A stretch of 64,000 nucleotides of DNA from the NCBI GenBank assembly GCA_051362555.1, contig CM120641.1:29828401-29892400 (forward strand), given 5' to 3'. The position numbers and the translations under genes were made by a program. Shown piece by piece: positions 24,989-37,377 of this stretch. This DNA is from Lingula anatina. Taxonomy: Eukaryota > Animalia > Brachiopoda. The notes under the pieces were generated by a model that ran no database searches, was not told the DNA's origin, and was given only the letters and a program-made list of their open reading frames with translations. Each line of letters opens with the position of its first letter. Position 1 is the first letter of the stretch.

Positions 24989-26827
24989 ATGGTACTATCA
25001 GTATCCCTGTCGCCCTGTCTTGGACAATTTTCTGGAGGCATTTCGCTATCAAGCTGAAAGGAGGAAAAGCATAAAAGTAAAAGGAGTGCCAGTCTATGCT
25101 AAATGCATCGATGAAGTGAGCTTCTGGGTCAGGTCTCCATGACACATATGGTTGTAACTGACAATTCAAGCGCGAAGCAAACAAATCAATGTCAGGTTCT
25201 CCGAATTTCATAGTGACTTTCCTATAAGTATCTATGTCCAACATCCATTCAGTGTCATCATGAAACACTCTAGATTCTCTGTCAGCAACAATGTTAAGTG
25301 AACCTGGCAAATATGCTGCCGTTAGCCAAATATTTCTAGCTTTGCACCATAAAATAATATCTCTAGCTAAACTGTTGCACAAAATTGATTTACATCCACC
25401 CATTTCATTAATATAACACACTGAGGTGGTATCATCTGACTGTACCTGTATATGACAATCAGTAAACTCGGGGCAGAGAGATTTTAAACCTAGAAACACT
25501 GCAAACAGTTCTAGATAATTAATATGATGGATAGTCTCAATAAAGCTCCACCTTCCCCCAGTGGACACACCTGCACACTGGGCCCCCCAACCTAACCTAG
25601 ACGCATCCGTTTGCATGATAATAGTTGGGTTTCCATGCGAAATAGGGTTGGAAGCTAATGCAACATTCTCTATCCACCATTGCAAATCTGCCCTAGCTAA
25701 CTTAGGGAGAGTAATTTTACTTTCAAAATTCCCACCATGTGATCGCAGAGCTTCAATTTTAACCATCTCTAAGGAGCGATAAAACAGTTTCCCATATTTG
25801 ACTGCAGGGAGACTGGCTACTAACAAACCAATGACTACCGCTAACTCCCTGATAGTAACATAAGTTTTGCATAACAGTTGAGAACATTCCAACTGGATTT
25901 TAAGTGCCTTCTTTTCAGTTAACTTAACTGACATGTTAGTGGAATCTAAGATGAACCCTAAAAAGGTAATTGTTTGCTTGGGAATAAGGGCAGACTTGTC
26001 CACATTAATGGTGAAACCCAGCCTAGACAGAAGCCCCACTGTCTCTCTAACATTATCCATGCAGTCCTCAAAAGTATCCCCTTGTAAGTAACAATCATCT
26101 ATATACCCAACAGACTGGTGTCCCTTATTCCGTAATGAGGCATACACAGGTTTAAGTAATTTAGTAAAAAATCGAGGAGCACAGGCTAACCCCATAGGCA
26201 TACAGGTAAACTGAAAAAGGTTGCCCCTCCATGTAAATCTAAGGTATTTCTGATGATCTATGTGAACAGGTACTGAATAGTAATTGTCCTTAATATCTGC
26301 ACTAGCCATAAAACAACCTGGTTTCATCATGGCTAAAGCACTGTAAAGTGAATCCATTTTTAAAATGTGTAAATTCTACTGACTCATTCAAGTGTTTAAG
26401 ATTTAAAATCAATCTAAAAGAGCCATCTGTCTTCGGTGTGATAAAAATATTAGACAGAAATTCATCTTCACTGTGAATGGCAGGAGTGATAATGTCTTTA
26501 TCCAAAAAGTTATTCAACAATTCATCGATGACAATCATCTCCTTTTGGTCAAAACAAATTTCCGAAGGAACACAGTTGCCGGGGAGCACAACCGTTCTCA
26601 AATGGAATTATAATGCCCTGAACCATTTGTAAAATGGTTTTATCCGATGTAAGTTGTTTCCATTCATGAACCGCTTCTTTAATTTGGCTCGCATGAAATG
26701 GTGGCTGAGCAGTTAGGATCGCATTTACGTGAGTATCAGAACAGACAATGGGGGCCGCCATCTTGGAAACGCTAGGCGGCACGTGTGAAACAGAGTTTGT
26801 GGGAAAACCGTTACTCACCACATTCAC
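24951..26827 (-). pseudogene. DIRS pol: reverse transcriptase, RNase H and adenine-methyltransferase-like domain, frameshifted
   Basis: Split over ORFs 26549-26827, 26302-26601 and 24951-26357. Motifs: KTDGSFRLILNLKHLN, DIKDNYY, YIDD, TDAS, INYLEL, IDLFAS, YAFPPF. Confidence 0.9.
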
Positions 26828-27742
26828 CGACGGCTGGATTTCCCTCTCCCCTTTTTCCTTGCAGAATACGCACTTCTTCCGTAGTTTAAATGCCGTAAGT
26901 CAGAGTAGGGTGACCCTCTCCTGTCCGAAGTCTGTTGCGGACGATAGGGGGCGCTACCGCTCAAGCCACCTCGACGTGAAGGAGAATCCCGTCTATTACG
27001 AAACCCACCGCTTAGGCGAAGACTAGCGTTGTTAGCTTCCGTGATAGATTTCACCACTGACGGCAAGTTGTCCCCGAAGAGGTACTCCGTAACTGGCGTC
27101 GCGGCAGAACACAGGTGCCGATACCCCGGCGCAATTGCAAATTTGAGATTTTCTCTTCTCTGTTGATTAAGGCTATTGTTGCCCTGGGACAGTAAACGAA
27201 GGCTGTCGCCAACTAGTTGAACTAACTCTTTGGGGTCCACAGTCTCTCTTTGAGTGTCCAGTATGTTTAACAACTGGATGAGGGGGGTCATTCCCCTCAA
27301 AACACAATCCTGGATATTGGCCAACCTGAGGTCTGTAGACCTCTGAGACGCATTCAGTCCAGTCCAAATCTCAGGGTTAACGTGAGGGGCGGTTAATCCT
27401 TTGATGTTGGCCGGCCTCTCGTGTTTGTGGCGCAAAGCTGTCAGCTCATCTTCAGGCATTTGTTCCTGGCAGATGTCCGTAATTAGTTGCACAAGCGGCT
27501 CAGATACAGCTGGCCCCACTCTGTCAACTCCGGTCAGCTCAGCGCTGATTACATCATAAAAATGATCAGCCGCTTTGTTTTGCCCTGTGGGCTCTGCTTT
27601 CCCCACGGAAATATCCTGTGGATCATTTCCGGGGCCCAATGTAGAAGTAGAATGACCTGTGCACGGTCACATCAAGGTGAGCAAGTAGACGCTCAAAACG
27701 ATCATCTCTCTCTTTGAGGGCATCAAAAAACACAGTCTGCAT
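26824..27742 (-). pseudogene. DIRS gag-like ORF1, 5' part cut off at the Gypsy LTR
   Basis: 271-aa ORF with RPANI, VNPEIW, RRENLK and YLFGDNL, typical of DIRS ORF1. Coding-like sequence continues in another frame up to 27742. Confidence 0.8.
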
Positions 27743-28021
27743 TGTAACATTATCTTCTTGTTTTTGGTAAATGTCATCAAAGTTCACAAGCTTCCATTAG
27801 TGGCATTCTTTGAATGACCCTTGGTCACCTACAGATTACACTTGATGACAGTTCTCAGCCATTGTTAAAGTAAACAGGTGTTCCTCATACTTTTTAATGT
27901 ACATGTATATACAAGCCTAGCACTTCATAATAAACTTTCGTAGAAGTCAGACGCATTGTTGTTGTCTCTCTCCTGAATAGAGTCCGGCACGTTGGACTCA
28001 GTAAAGAGCCATCATATTACA
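27743..28021 (+). mobile_element. 5' LTR of Gypsy element (279 bp)
   Basis: TGTAACAT...ATATTACA terminal inverted ends, AATAAA at ~27929, and the PBS follows immediately. Confidence 0.8.
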
Positions 28022-28036
28022 TGGTGTCAGAAGTGG
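28022..28036 (+). promoter_or_regulatory. Primer binding site, tRNA-Leu type
   Basis: TGGTGTCAGAAGTGG is complementary to the 3' end CCACUUCUGACACCA recalled for eukaryotic tRNA-Leu. Confidence 0.8.
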
Positions 28037-28055
28037 TTGCCAGACATAGGCAACA

Positions 28056-31000
28056 GTGACGATCCGTGGCAGTTCTAACATTGTGTTAACTGTTAGCATG
28101 GAACTCACTGGTATCCCAACACCTTCCATGGACTGGAGTGCGTCTAATCTTCCTGAACAGTGGAAAAAATTCCATAGTCTTGTGGAACTCATTTTTAATG
28201 GGCCACTAAAGGAAAAGGAAGAGAAAGTGAAGGTGACTTATCTCTTGTTATGGATAGGAGACAAGGGGAGAGAAATAAAGTCAACTTGGACAAATCTGGA
28301 CGAACCAGACAAGCTGCAGTCATATTATGACCGTTTTAAAGCCCATGTGCAGCCGAAACTGAATCCCATCTTCGCGCGGTTCAAGTTTAACAATGAAACT
28401 CAAGGTGCATCTACCGTTGAGCAATTTATTACTCGTTTGCGGACACTTGCTGTCGACTGTGCATACACAAATGCAGAAGAGATGATCCGAGACAGGATCG
28501 TATTTGGTACCTCATCAGAGAAAGTGAGGGAAAAGCTCATAAATGAAGGTGACAAGCTGACACTCGACAAAGCCGTGCAGATAGCCCAGTCGTACGAGTA
28601 TTCAATGGAACAACTCAAGACAATGGGAAAAAATGTCAGCAGCATTAAGAAACAACCTCCACGTACAGGCAACTGGAGACATGTGAACAGACAGAAGAAA
28701 CAGCAAAAGCAGGACAGACATGAGTGTGACAATTGTGGCTACGAGCATGCCAAGACTGATAGATGTCCGGCTAAGGGTAAACAGTGTAATAACTGTAAGA
28801 AATTCAATCACTTTGCTAAAAAATGTCGCAAAAGTATTGCTAAAAAACATATTAACGAGTTGCAAGCTTTGCCAGATCAGCCCGATTCTGATTCTGATTC
28901 AGATTCACAATTTATTGTAGATAGTATTGACACGTCAGAGGGTTTAGATCAAGCATTTTGCCATGTAAAAATTGGTCCAGCAAAGATCAGTTTTAAGTTT
29001 AAGATTGACACAGGTTCTCAAGTGAATATTTTACCCAAGCATGTGTTTGACTCAATTGGTCATGTAGACGACCTGAAACCTCCTAGTCAGAAGCTTACTG
29101 CTTATAATGGTCACTCACTAAAAAACTTAGGGTCTGCAAATTTCACTTGTCAGTATAAGAAAAAGTCCATTGACCTTCTGTTTCACGTCGTTGATACAGA
29201 ATCTTCACCGATACTCGGTATGAAAGCATGTATGGACTTGTGCCCGATTAAGCTGGTGTATGCTTGCGATGTAGATGCTGATTTGAAGCGAGAGCTGGTC
29301 GGAAAAAGAGATTCTAGTAAACCCAGCCAAAATCTGAACAAATCGGAGTTTGGTAAAGACCAAATATTGCATGAATACAAAGACGTATTCGAGGGTATAG
29401 GATTGTTCCCAGGTGAATGTGTAATTCACACTGATCCTGACGTAAGTCCTGTTGTTCACCCCCCTCGCAAAGTGCCGCATGCACTTCATGAAAAGCTCAA
29501 AAATGAACTTGAGCGTATGGAGAAGCTTGACGTGATTTGTAAAGTCACAGAGCCCACAGAATGGGTAAATTCTCTAGTGATTGTTGAGAAGCCTGAATCA
29601 AGCTCAGGTAAGGTACGTGTGTGCCTGGATCCCAAAGACCTAAATAGAGCTATTTTGAGACCCCATTACCCCCCTAGAACATTAGAAGAAGTATTAACCC
29701 AGTTAGCAGGTGCTCAATACTTCAGTAAGTTGAATGCCAGGTCAGGGTATTGGACAATTAAACTATCCACAGAATCCTCATACCTTACGACGTTTAATGC
29801 GCCATTTGGTAGATACAGATATCTGCGACTGCCTTTTGGTTTGAGATCGTCGCAGGATGAGTTTCAGAGAAGGGTAGACGAAAGTTTTGAGGGTCTTGAC
29901 GGTGTAATAGCCTTAGTAGATGACATCATAGTGTTTGGAAAAAACAGAGAACAGCATGACCAGAATCTGCGTAATGTTTTACAAAGAACACGTGAGTGTG
30001 GGATCAAACTCAACAGAGAAAAAATGGAAATCGGCGTGACTAAAGTAAAATATTTTGGTCACATTATCACATCAAAAGGCTTAGAGCCTGACCCGGAAAA
30101 GGTCAAAGCAATTAGGGAGATGAAAGCCCCGACTAATAAGAAAGAGTTAGAGACTTTTCTGGGTATGGTGACATACCTTGCTAAATTTGCTCCCAACCTT
30201 TCAGAGATTACCACCCCCCTTCGCAAGTTACTTGCAAAAGACATGATTTTTCATTGGATCGATGAGCATGAGAAAGCTCTCAATGAAGTAAAAGAGGTAA
30301 TCACAGCGGCCCCAAGTCCTACGTTAACGTATTTTGACCCCAGCCAGGTCACTACCCTACAGACTGATGCCTCTAAGTATGGTTTAGGTGCTGCACTGTT
30401 GCAGGATGGAAAACCCATAGCTTATGCATCCAAAGCTCTCAATACATCAGAAATCAACTATGCCCAAATAGAAAAAGAAATGTTTGGGATAGTTTTTGGG
30501 TGTAAGAGATTTCACCAATACGTTTATGGCCGTAAAGTAGTAGTGGAGACAGACCACAAACCTTTAATTCCTATATTCAAGAAGCCCTTGAATACAGCCC
30601 CTCCACGCTTGCAGAGAATGCTGTTACAATTACAGCGATACGATCTGGAGGTAATTTACAAACCAGGTACACAGATACCGCTTGCAGACACATTGTCTCG
30701 CAATTTTGTAAAAGACACCTACCCAGAGCTCGCTAAAGGAATGGATGCACACGTACATGCAGTGCTCTCAAAAATTCCTATTAGTGATAGAAAGTTAGAC
30801 GAAATTCGTCAAGAAACTGAACAAACTGAACAGTTTCAGACTTTGCGCAAAACCGTTTTAAATGGTTGGCCTGTTAAAAGGAGTGATTGCCCCTCTGAGA
30901 TTATAGAATTTTGGAATCACAGAGACGAATTGTCTTACATTGATGGCCTACTGCTCAAAGGTCAAAAGGTTATTGTACCCCAGAGACTAAGGGTGAAAAT

Positions 31001-31820
31001 GCTGCATTCTATACACACAGGTCACAAAGGAATAGAGAAATACCAAAAACGAGCCAGATCAGCAATTTTTTGGCCAGGCATGTCAGGTGACATTAATGAT
31101 TTTGTTTCCAAGTGCCCCATTTGTCTCATGCAGAGAAATAACAACCCTAAACAACCTTTGCAGCCACACCCCATCCCTGATTACCCCTGGCAAACAGTTG
31201 CCACTGACTTGTTTACATGGGATGGAAAGGATTTTATAGTTGTAGTTGATTATTACAGTCGATACTTTGAGGTAGCTCAACTTACCTCTACTCAAAGTTA
31301 TCAGGTAATCAGCAAGTTAAAGGTTATATTTGCTAGATTTGGAATTCCAGAAACTGTCATTTCAGACAATGGTCCTCAGTACGCCTCTCAGGAGTTCACT
31401 GATTTCTCCAAGCAATATGATTTCAAACATGTGACCTCTAGCCCCAATTACCCTCAGTCCAACGGACTAGCTGAGAAATATGTCCAAATTGTAAAGAAAC
31501 TGTTTGAAAAGTCAAAGTCTGATAAATCCGACCCTAATTTGGCCTTATTGGAATACAGGGTGTCCCCCCTTGACATCGGATACTCCCCAGCGCAGTTATT
31601 ACAAGGACGGCAGTTGCGTTCTGTTTTACCTGCCACCAATCAACAGTTGTGTCCCCAGTTCATTGATCCTGGAAAGGTCAAACATAAGATAGATTCAAGT
31701 CGTCAAAAGCAGAAGAAATTTTATGACCATGGTTCCCGACCCCTTCCCCCTATAACTGTAGGTGAGTCAGTCAGATTTCAGCGAAATGACAAGTTATGGA
31801 AACCTGCCAATGTCATTTGA
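28056..31820 (+). CDS. Ty3/Gypsy (Mag-like) single-ORF gag-pol polyprotein, 3'-truncated
   Basis: Two zinc knuckles (CDNCGYEHAKTDRC, CNNCKKFNHFAKKC), protease IDTGS, RT (LPFGL, LVDD), RNase H (TDAS, TDHKPL) and integrase HHCC plus D-D-E (ATDLF, SDNG, LAEK) in Gypsy order. First ATG at 28098. No 3' LTR follows. Confidence 0.95.
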   Translation: MTIRGSSNIVLTVSMELTGIPTPSMDWSASNLPEQWKKFHSLVELIFNGPLKEKEEKVKVTYLLLWIGDKGREIKSTWTNLDEPDKLQSYYDRFKAHVQPKLNPIFARFKFNNETQGASTVEQFITRLRTLAVDCAYTNAEEMIRDRIVFGTSSEKVREKLINEGDKLTLDKAVQIAQSYEYSMEQLKTMGKNVSSIKKQPPRTGNWRHVNRQKKQQKQDRHECDNCGYEHAKTDRCPAKGKQCNNCKKFNHFAKKCRKSIAKKHINELQALPDQPDSDSDSDSQFIVDSIDTSEGLDQAFCHVKIGPAKISFKFKIDTGSQVNILPKHVFDSIGHVDDLKPPSQKLTAYNGHSLKNLGSANFTCQYKKKSIDLLFHVVDTESSPILGMKACMDLCPIKLVYACDVDADLKRELVGKRDSSKPSQNLNKSEFGKDQILHEYKDVFEGIGLFPGECVIHTDPDVSPVVHPPRKVPHALHEKLKNELERMEKLDVICKVTEPTEWVNSLVIVEKPESSSGKVRVCLDPKDLNRAILRPHYPPRTLEEVLTQLAGAQYFSKLNARSGYWTIKLSTESSYLTTFNAPFGRYRYLRLPFGLRSSQDEFQRRVDESFEGLDGVIALVDDIIVFGKNREQHDQNLRNVLQRTRECGIKLNREKMEIGVTKVKYFGHIITSKGLEPDPEKVKAIREMKAPTNKKELETFLGMVTYLAKFAPNLSEITTPLRKLLAKDMIFHWIDEHEKALNEVKEVITAAPSPTLTYFDPSQVTTLQTDASKYGLGAALLQDGKPIAYASKALNTSEINYAQIEKEMFGIVFGCKRFHQYVYGRKVVVETDHKPLIPIFKKPLNTAPPRLQRMLLQLQRYDLEVIYKPGTQIPLADTLSRNFVKDTYPELAKGMDAHVHAVLSKIPISDRKLDEIRQETEQTEQFQTLRKTVLNGWPVKRSDCPSEIIEFWNHRDELSYIDGLLLKGQKVIVPQRLRVKMLHSIHTGHKGIEKYQKRARSAIFWPGMSGDINDFVSKCPICLMQRNNNPKQPLQPHPIPDYPWQTVATDLFTWDGKDFIVVVDYYSRYFEVAQLTSTQSYQVISKLKVIFARFGIPETVISDNGPQYASQEFTDFSKQYDFKHVTSSPNYPQSNGLAEKYVQIVKKLFEKSKSDKSDPNLALLEYRVSPLDIGYSPAQLLQGRQLRSVLPATNQQLCPQFIDPGKVKHKIDSSRQKQKKFYDHGSRPLPPITVGESVRFQRNDKLWKPANVI

Positions 31821-33186
31821 TTGGTATTTATGTTAATTCACAGGTGACTTAAATCCCAAATATCTATAAACCAACCAACAATATTATAAGCAATAAGATA
31901 ATTGATTTTGAAGGCTAAGGAAGAAACTATCACTTCATAATCACAAGTGAAGCAGTTTACTTTTGCATCAAATTTGCTTTATGGAAGTCTTTGGTCCATC
32001 ATGTTTCTCTATATTTTTTCTGAGAATAATGAAGGTTGCCCCGTCTATTAAAAGGATTGTATCTATTTGTCATGTGAAGTCACACTCGTTTTACTCCAAT
32101 AAATGCCATTATGCAGGACTTCAATTATCGCAAAGACCAGTTCTTGACCATGAAGCTACACTTTTTTCTTCAACAAAAACCAGCTTAAAATGTGCTTGTT
32201 TCACATGAAGTGGTAAAGTTACAGGCTAAATGATACTTGAATATGACAATGATAATTGAAGAGATACAAAAATTCTAAAACTTTCAAAATGGAATTTACT
32301 ATAAAACATATCTTCAAAACACTTATGACCATAATTTTTAAGGGACCCTTTTTAAAAAGATTTGATGAACTAACATTTTCAAAAACGTTATTCACACAAT
32401 TTGTGTAAATCATCTTTTTTCCATATCTTTCACTAGCCTGTTATATTCTATATTCATGCATATTGTAAAGTCTACTGAACAAAAGCAGATTTAAGAAATT
32501 TGAATAAGTATGATTATAGTTCTTATTATTAAAACAAATAATATTAATAGTGTATGGCCATGCACTTTCCCTTTAAAAAAAAATAAATAAAAAAGTAAGT
32601 AATCATCCTTGGCTGCATTAACTTCTTTTAATAAGCAACAATCCTTACATGTTTGAACAACTCTGCTGACTCTGGATTTTTATTGTTATAATACAATTAA
32701 GTGCCCCAAAAATTCATATCACTCATTTTGACAACCTTGTGCTCCCTTGGTTTGTGATCCATAAAGATCAGTTAAGCTTCCCCAACATAAGAATAAAATT
32801 GCTTCTAGACAACAATTCTTAGATGCATCTTAAATGAATAAAGAAAAGAGAGGAGGATCAAAGGTTGGTTAGACAGTTTTCTGTTGGAAAATATTAAACT
32901 GTTCATCTTTGAAAACGAATCAATTAATTCATCACAATTAATCTTTGGACTGTGATGCAATTGCACAACAATCAGGTCCAACACACAACTCTTGACAGCA
33001 GTTAGGTAGAGGCAGTGGTGTTACTGCAGACTTGAGACTCGTCTTACAGATAAGGCTTGCCAAAGGGGAGCTCTAGATCATTCTAGTGAAAGGTGTGCCT
33101 CATCTCTTTTCAACTTCTTGTATGGACCTGAAACTGTTCGTTTTCTGCTTTATTTTGTGTCTAGCAGTAACTGTCTTTCCTTCACC

Positions 33187-36100
33187 TCAATTTGTTGCCT
33201 GCGTCACAAAGAAATCCTAGAAAATAAAGACAAAATTTTAAGCGACCTTGTTCAATTTATAACTATAATAGTACATATCAGTGTATCAAATGTAATGATA
33301 TTTAGCTAGACAGCAATATTAAAAATATACACCCACCAAAGAGCAAAAATAAATAAATAAATAGAAATAAAACAGCTCAGAGGGCAAGGACTCCTAAACT
33401 ATATGATATAAAAGATCTATCAAATATTAACTTTACTACTTCTTGTGTGTAAACAAAGGAATAGGAAATTTGGGCCTTTAACTAACTGGACAGTTATTTC
33501 TGAATCCAGCTGTGCTGATTAATGGTGGCCAATGGACGTTGAAACACTCAGATATCAGTAAATAGTGATGAATCAAATGTATTTGAATATGTACTAGTAG
33601 TCATCCATTATCCTAAATAACATTGGAGTATAATAATTATGAATGCAATTCCTTTGTGACTCCAACAGATTATACTAATTAATGGACCTTGCAACACTTT
33701 GATAACAGTGGTAATCAATATTACTGTGCCTAGCACATCATTCATTCAATTAGTCTCATTTGCAGACATCTACCTAAAATGACAGTTCTGAACTATTAAA
33801 TATTGCCAATCATAATCTGACCTGTATGAAACTTGGCAATTTGGAAGAATTCATGACGTAGTACCAGTTCACATAATTGAATTGATCAAAACTTCAGGAA
33901 TTTTTCACATATAGGCAAAAATTAACATGAACCTTATGAAAATCAATAGGTTTCATCCTATTACCAATCAACAACAAAAATTTTTACCAAATTTCTTCAA
34001 ACAATCTTGTTAAATCAATCTCTTAAATTACAGCTCATGTCGCAGGACAAAAATCTGACCAGTAACAAACACACAAACTAGCAGGCCAATATGGTACTTG
34101 TCATTTTACATAATGCTTGACCGCATAATCATCTCCAAACATTAATCATGTGCTACAGGTTTTCACCGCCACAGTCATTCAGAAAATGTAACTAGCACAG
34201 AGCTTCAGGTCCACTGGAGTTGAAAGCCACACATTGAAAATGCCAATTAATATGTGAAAAAATGAAAAATTCAGAAAAGAAAGATAAATACACATAATGG
34301 TTTTCTAATTTAAGCTGCATCTTTGTCTTAAGAATTGTTCTTGTTAGTTTTAGAAGGCATATAATAACAATTATGTCATTTCTCATTGAAGGTGCCCTCA
34401 ACCCATCATGTTCTTCGAATGAAATTAAGTTTGCTTTTACAAATAATGGGAAAATATCTTCTATTCAATCTCGACTTTCTATTTACTAAGTACTGAATTT
34501 TCCCAAGCTATATATTGTAACTCACAATTTCCTTAAAGTTTGCTGATCTTTTATACGGACTTTGAGCCACAGATTGCTTATCTTTTAAAATTATGATCCT
34601 AATGATTTAAACAATTCTAATATAACATCAATCACATACCTTGAGAGATTTCATAGAATTTGTTGCTTGCAAGCCAAGTGTTCGAAGAACAACAACAAGG
34701 GGGAAATCGGTACCATACAGCCTTTTCAGACCATCCATTGCAAACATAACTGGAAGAACTTTCCTTTGACGAGAAGTTTCATACTGTAGAAGATGACTCA
34801 GAGAGCCTGGAAATCAAATACATAATACATTTCTGAAAATGTTGTGGGTAAACAGTCACCTACTCATTTTTCAAACAAACTAAGTCTTCTAAAAAACTTA
34901 TCATAATATTTTGTGGCACTTTATATAATGTTTTCAAAAGCACAGTAAATATTATGATCATAACAGAAAGTATGTATATAAATCTGGGGTTCACATAATT
35001 CAGCAATATTTAGGCATTTGCCCTGTCGGGAAAGTTGGGTAAGTACTGGAAGGGAGCTGGGCTTTCTAAATAAACTTGAGGATAAGACTTGCCCCCACCA
35101 GGTTTATTTTGGCATTTAATTTTCCTTGAAATATACATATTTGAAATCTCCACATACAACTTCTATATTTTCTCTAGTTTGGGAAATATTATGACATTTA
35201 AGTTTCAAAAATTTTGACAAGGGTTTATTGCAGCTGGTGTCGCACATATGCAAATGCCCCAACAGAGCCCTAAATCACGGGGTATTAGGATGCGGTTACA
35301 TATGAGCTAAATTCCAAGAGATAAGGACACAGATCCTTGTACATGTAGTCTATGAGGAGATATGGTAACTGGTACTTGCTTCTTGAACCAAGGGAGCTGG
35401 CAGATGAGACAGCTACATGTAGGTTGGGGCTAAAACCATGGGTACCACCAGTGCTACAATAATTTCAAAATGTGTGTGTGGGGTTTACAGTAATTTAACT
35501 GCCCCAATATGAAATCACATTTTTTTCATGCCACCCAAACTATTTCAGAAAACTGCATCTACCAAAATATATAAGACAGCTGTCTTATATGTCTAGTAAA
35601 ATGCACTGTTGCTTGCTTAACATGATAAGCTGAATACAATTCTACTCGCAGCACAGAAATGGCAAGAAATAAGAGACAAAAAAGACCCTCTGCCTCACAA
35701 AGTTGATCTTGAAAGTCTATCAATTAATATCTATTTTCTTGACTGATATTGAGGAATAATGAGATGCTGTATTCATCAGCATATCTTGAGGGGCCACATA
35801 ATTTTGCTGAGGTGCTGTGCAAATGATCCATTAGCAAGTCACATTCATTTGCTGGCAAGTACGACTTAAATTCTAGTTGCCTGACCACAAAAATCACTTC
35901 TGACAGGAAAGTAACACCAAAAGGTATATTGAGCCCTATAGATAGACTGATATGTTGATAGATGGATTCTTTACTCTATTTAAATCCTGCTTTTTAAGAG
36001 GCTTAAATGAGAAATAACATTTTTATAACATACAGATATAGATTTGCAATGTTACATATAATATTTAAAAAAATTTAAAGCCACAGAACGCTCATCTTAC

Positions 36101-37345
36101 CAAGGTCCCCTCCATTACAGAGACACTGTACAAGAACATCTCGAAGGCAGGTTACATCACCAAACCCCAAATTTACACCTTGTCCAGCAAGTGGATGAAC
36201 TCTATGTGCAGCATCTCTTAAAGAAATGGCAAATAAATATATGAACAGATATACACCATCCTAGCCAGATTATACATACACCTTTTTCAAAAATAATTCA
36301 TAAACTAAAGAAAAAATGACAACTAAGTGTATATTATTTCTTAATGTATATCTATAATATAGAATTTAATGCTATGAGATAGGTACCACGTTACTTTGGA
36401 AATTACTTCTATATGATTCTTGTTTTATAATAATGTCAAATTAAGACTCTACCCAATTAATGCTAGTCTTGGTTTGACATAATGTGAAGCATGAACCAGG
36501 CTTAGTGGAAATGCTGCTCTACTTTCATCTTCTATGTCAGTAAATGTTGGTGGAAGCTGACGAAAACTTGTTCCCTCTGTTAAAAAAAAAAAAAAACAAT
36601 GTACAAAATTAACAAAAGCAAGACAACCAATGTACAAAATTAACAAAAGCAAGACAAACTCACTAGACATACAGTGTCAACAATTTTTAGTATTACATAA
36701 GTAGGGCTGATACAACCTACTTTCATTTTTTTTTTTTTACTTGTCATTGACTAATTCAGCCATAATTTTTTTTTGGGGGGGGGAGGAGGGGGGAATGAAA
36801 AATATTAATCTTATGTACGTCAAAAGTTGGTAATTAGAAATGGATCTCGACTACATCAAAATGAACCTTTAAGGTAGGATCTTCCAAATTTAATTTTGAC
36901 AAGCAAGTGTTCCACTTATTGTGTTATCACTGAAAGTGCATGATGACAGATGTACATGTAGGTGATGTCTATATATATACAGACATATTACACCCCCTAA
37001 AGCACCTTATGTACTTAATTATGATATTTCTCACCTGGGCTAACTGTGTTTATAAAATCCTGAGCAACCTGACCTGCTCTAACAGCAAATGAGTCTTTTT
37101 TGTCTTCATCCCACTGAAAGACAAACCTTGTAATAATGATAAACTGAATAATTTTTAACCCTGTCAGCATTTTTAGAAACATATGTACCAGTACTAATTA
37201 AGCTAATTATTTTACTTTGGACTTGGACTCATCAAGTGTATATAAACCGTTGCGTGGTCAATGACCACAGGTAGATTGCATTTTATTGATAAAATGTGTA
37301 AGATAAGTGTGTGCACTTAACATGTTTTACCCTCTTTAAATAAAG

Positions 37346-37377
<32 letters not shown>

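Larger units (their letters stand above)
23336..27742 (-). mobile_element. DIRS1-type tyrosine-recombinase retrotransposon, 5'-truncated
   Basis: Gag-like, RT-RNaseH-methyltransferase-like and YR ORFs overlap on the minus strand. The 3' end has an 84-bp inverted repeat (23336-23419 / 23506-23589), matching the right ITR/extension and the internal complementary region. No left ITR is found. Confidence 0.93.

Noticed and set aside
28400-31692. Several short antisense or alternate-frame ORFs within gag-pol (likewise within DIRS and FAM161 exon 1)
   Set aside because: Shadow ORFs of real coding regions with no recognisable motifs.
33080-33189. Open frame of ~34 codons after the COQ6 TGA (readthrough or selenocysteine?)
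   Set aside because: The stop falls where known COQ6 proteins end, its context is not the TGA-CTA readthrough motif, and I could not identify a SECIS.
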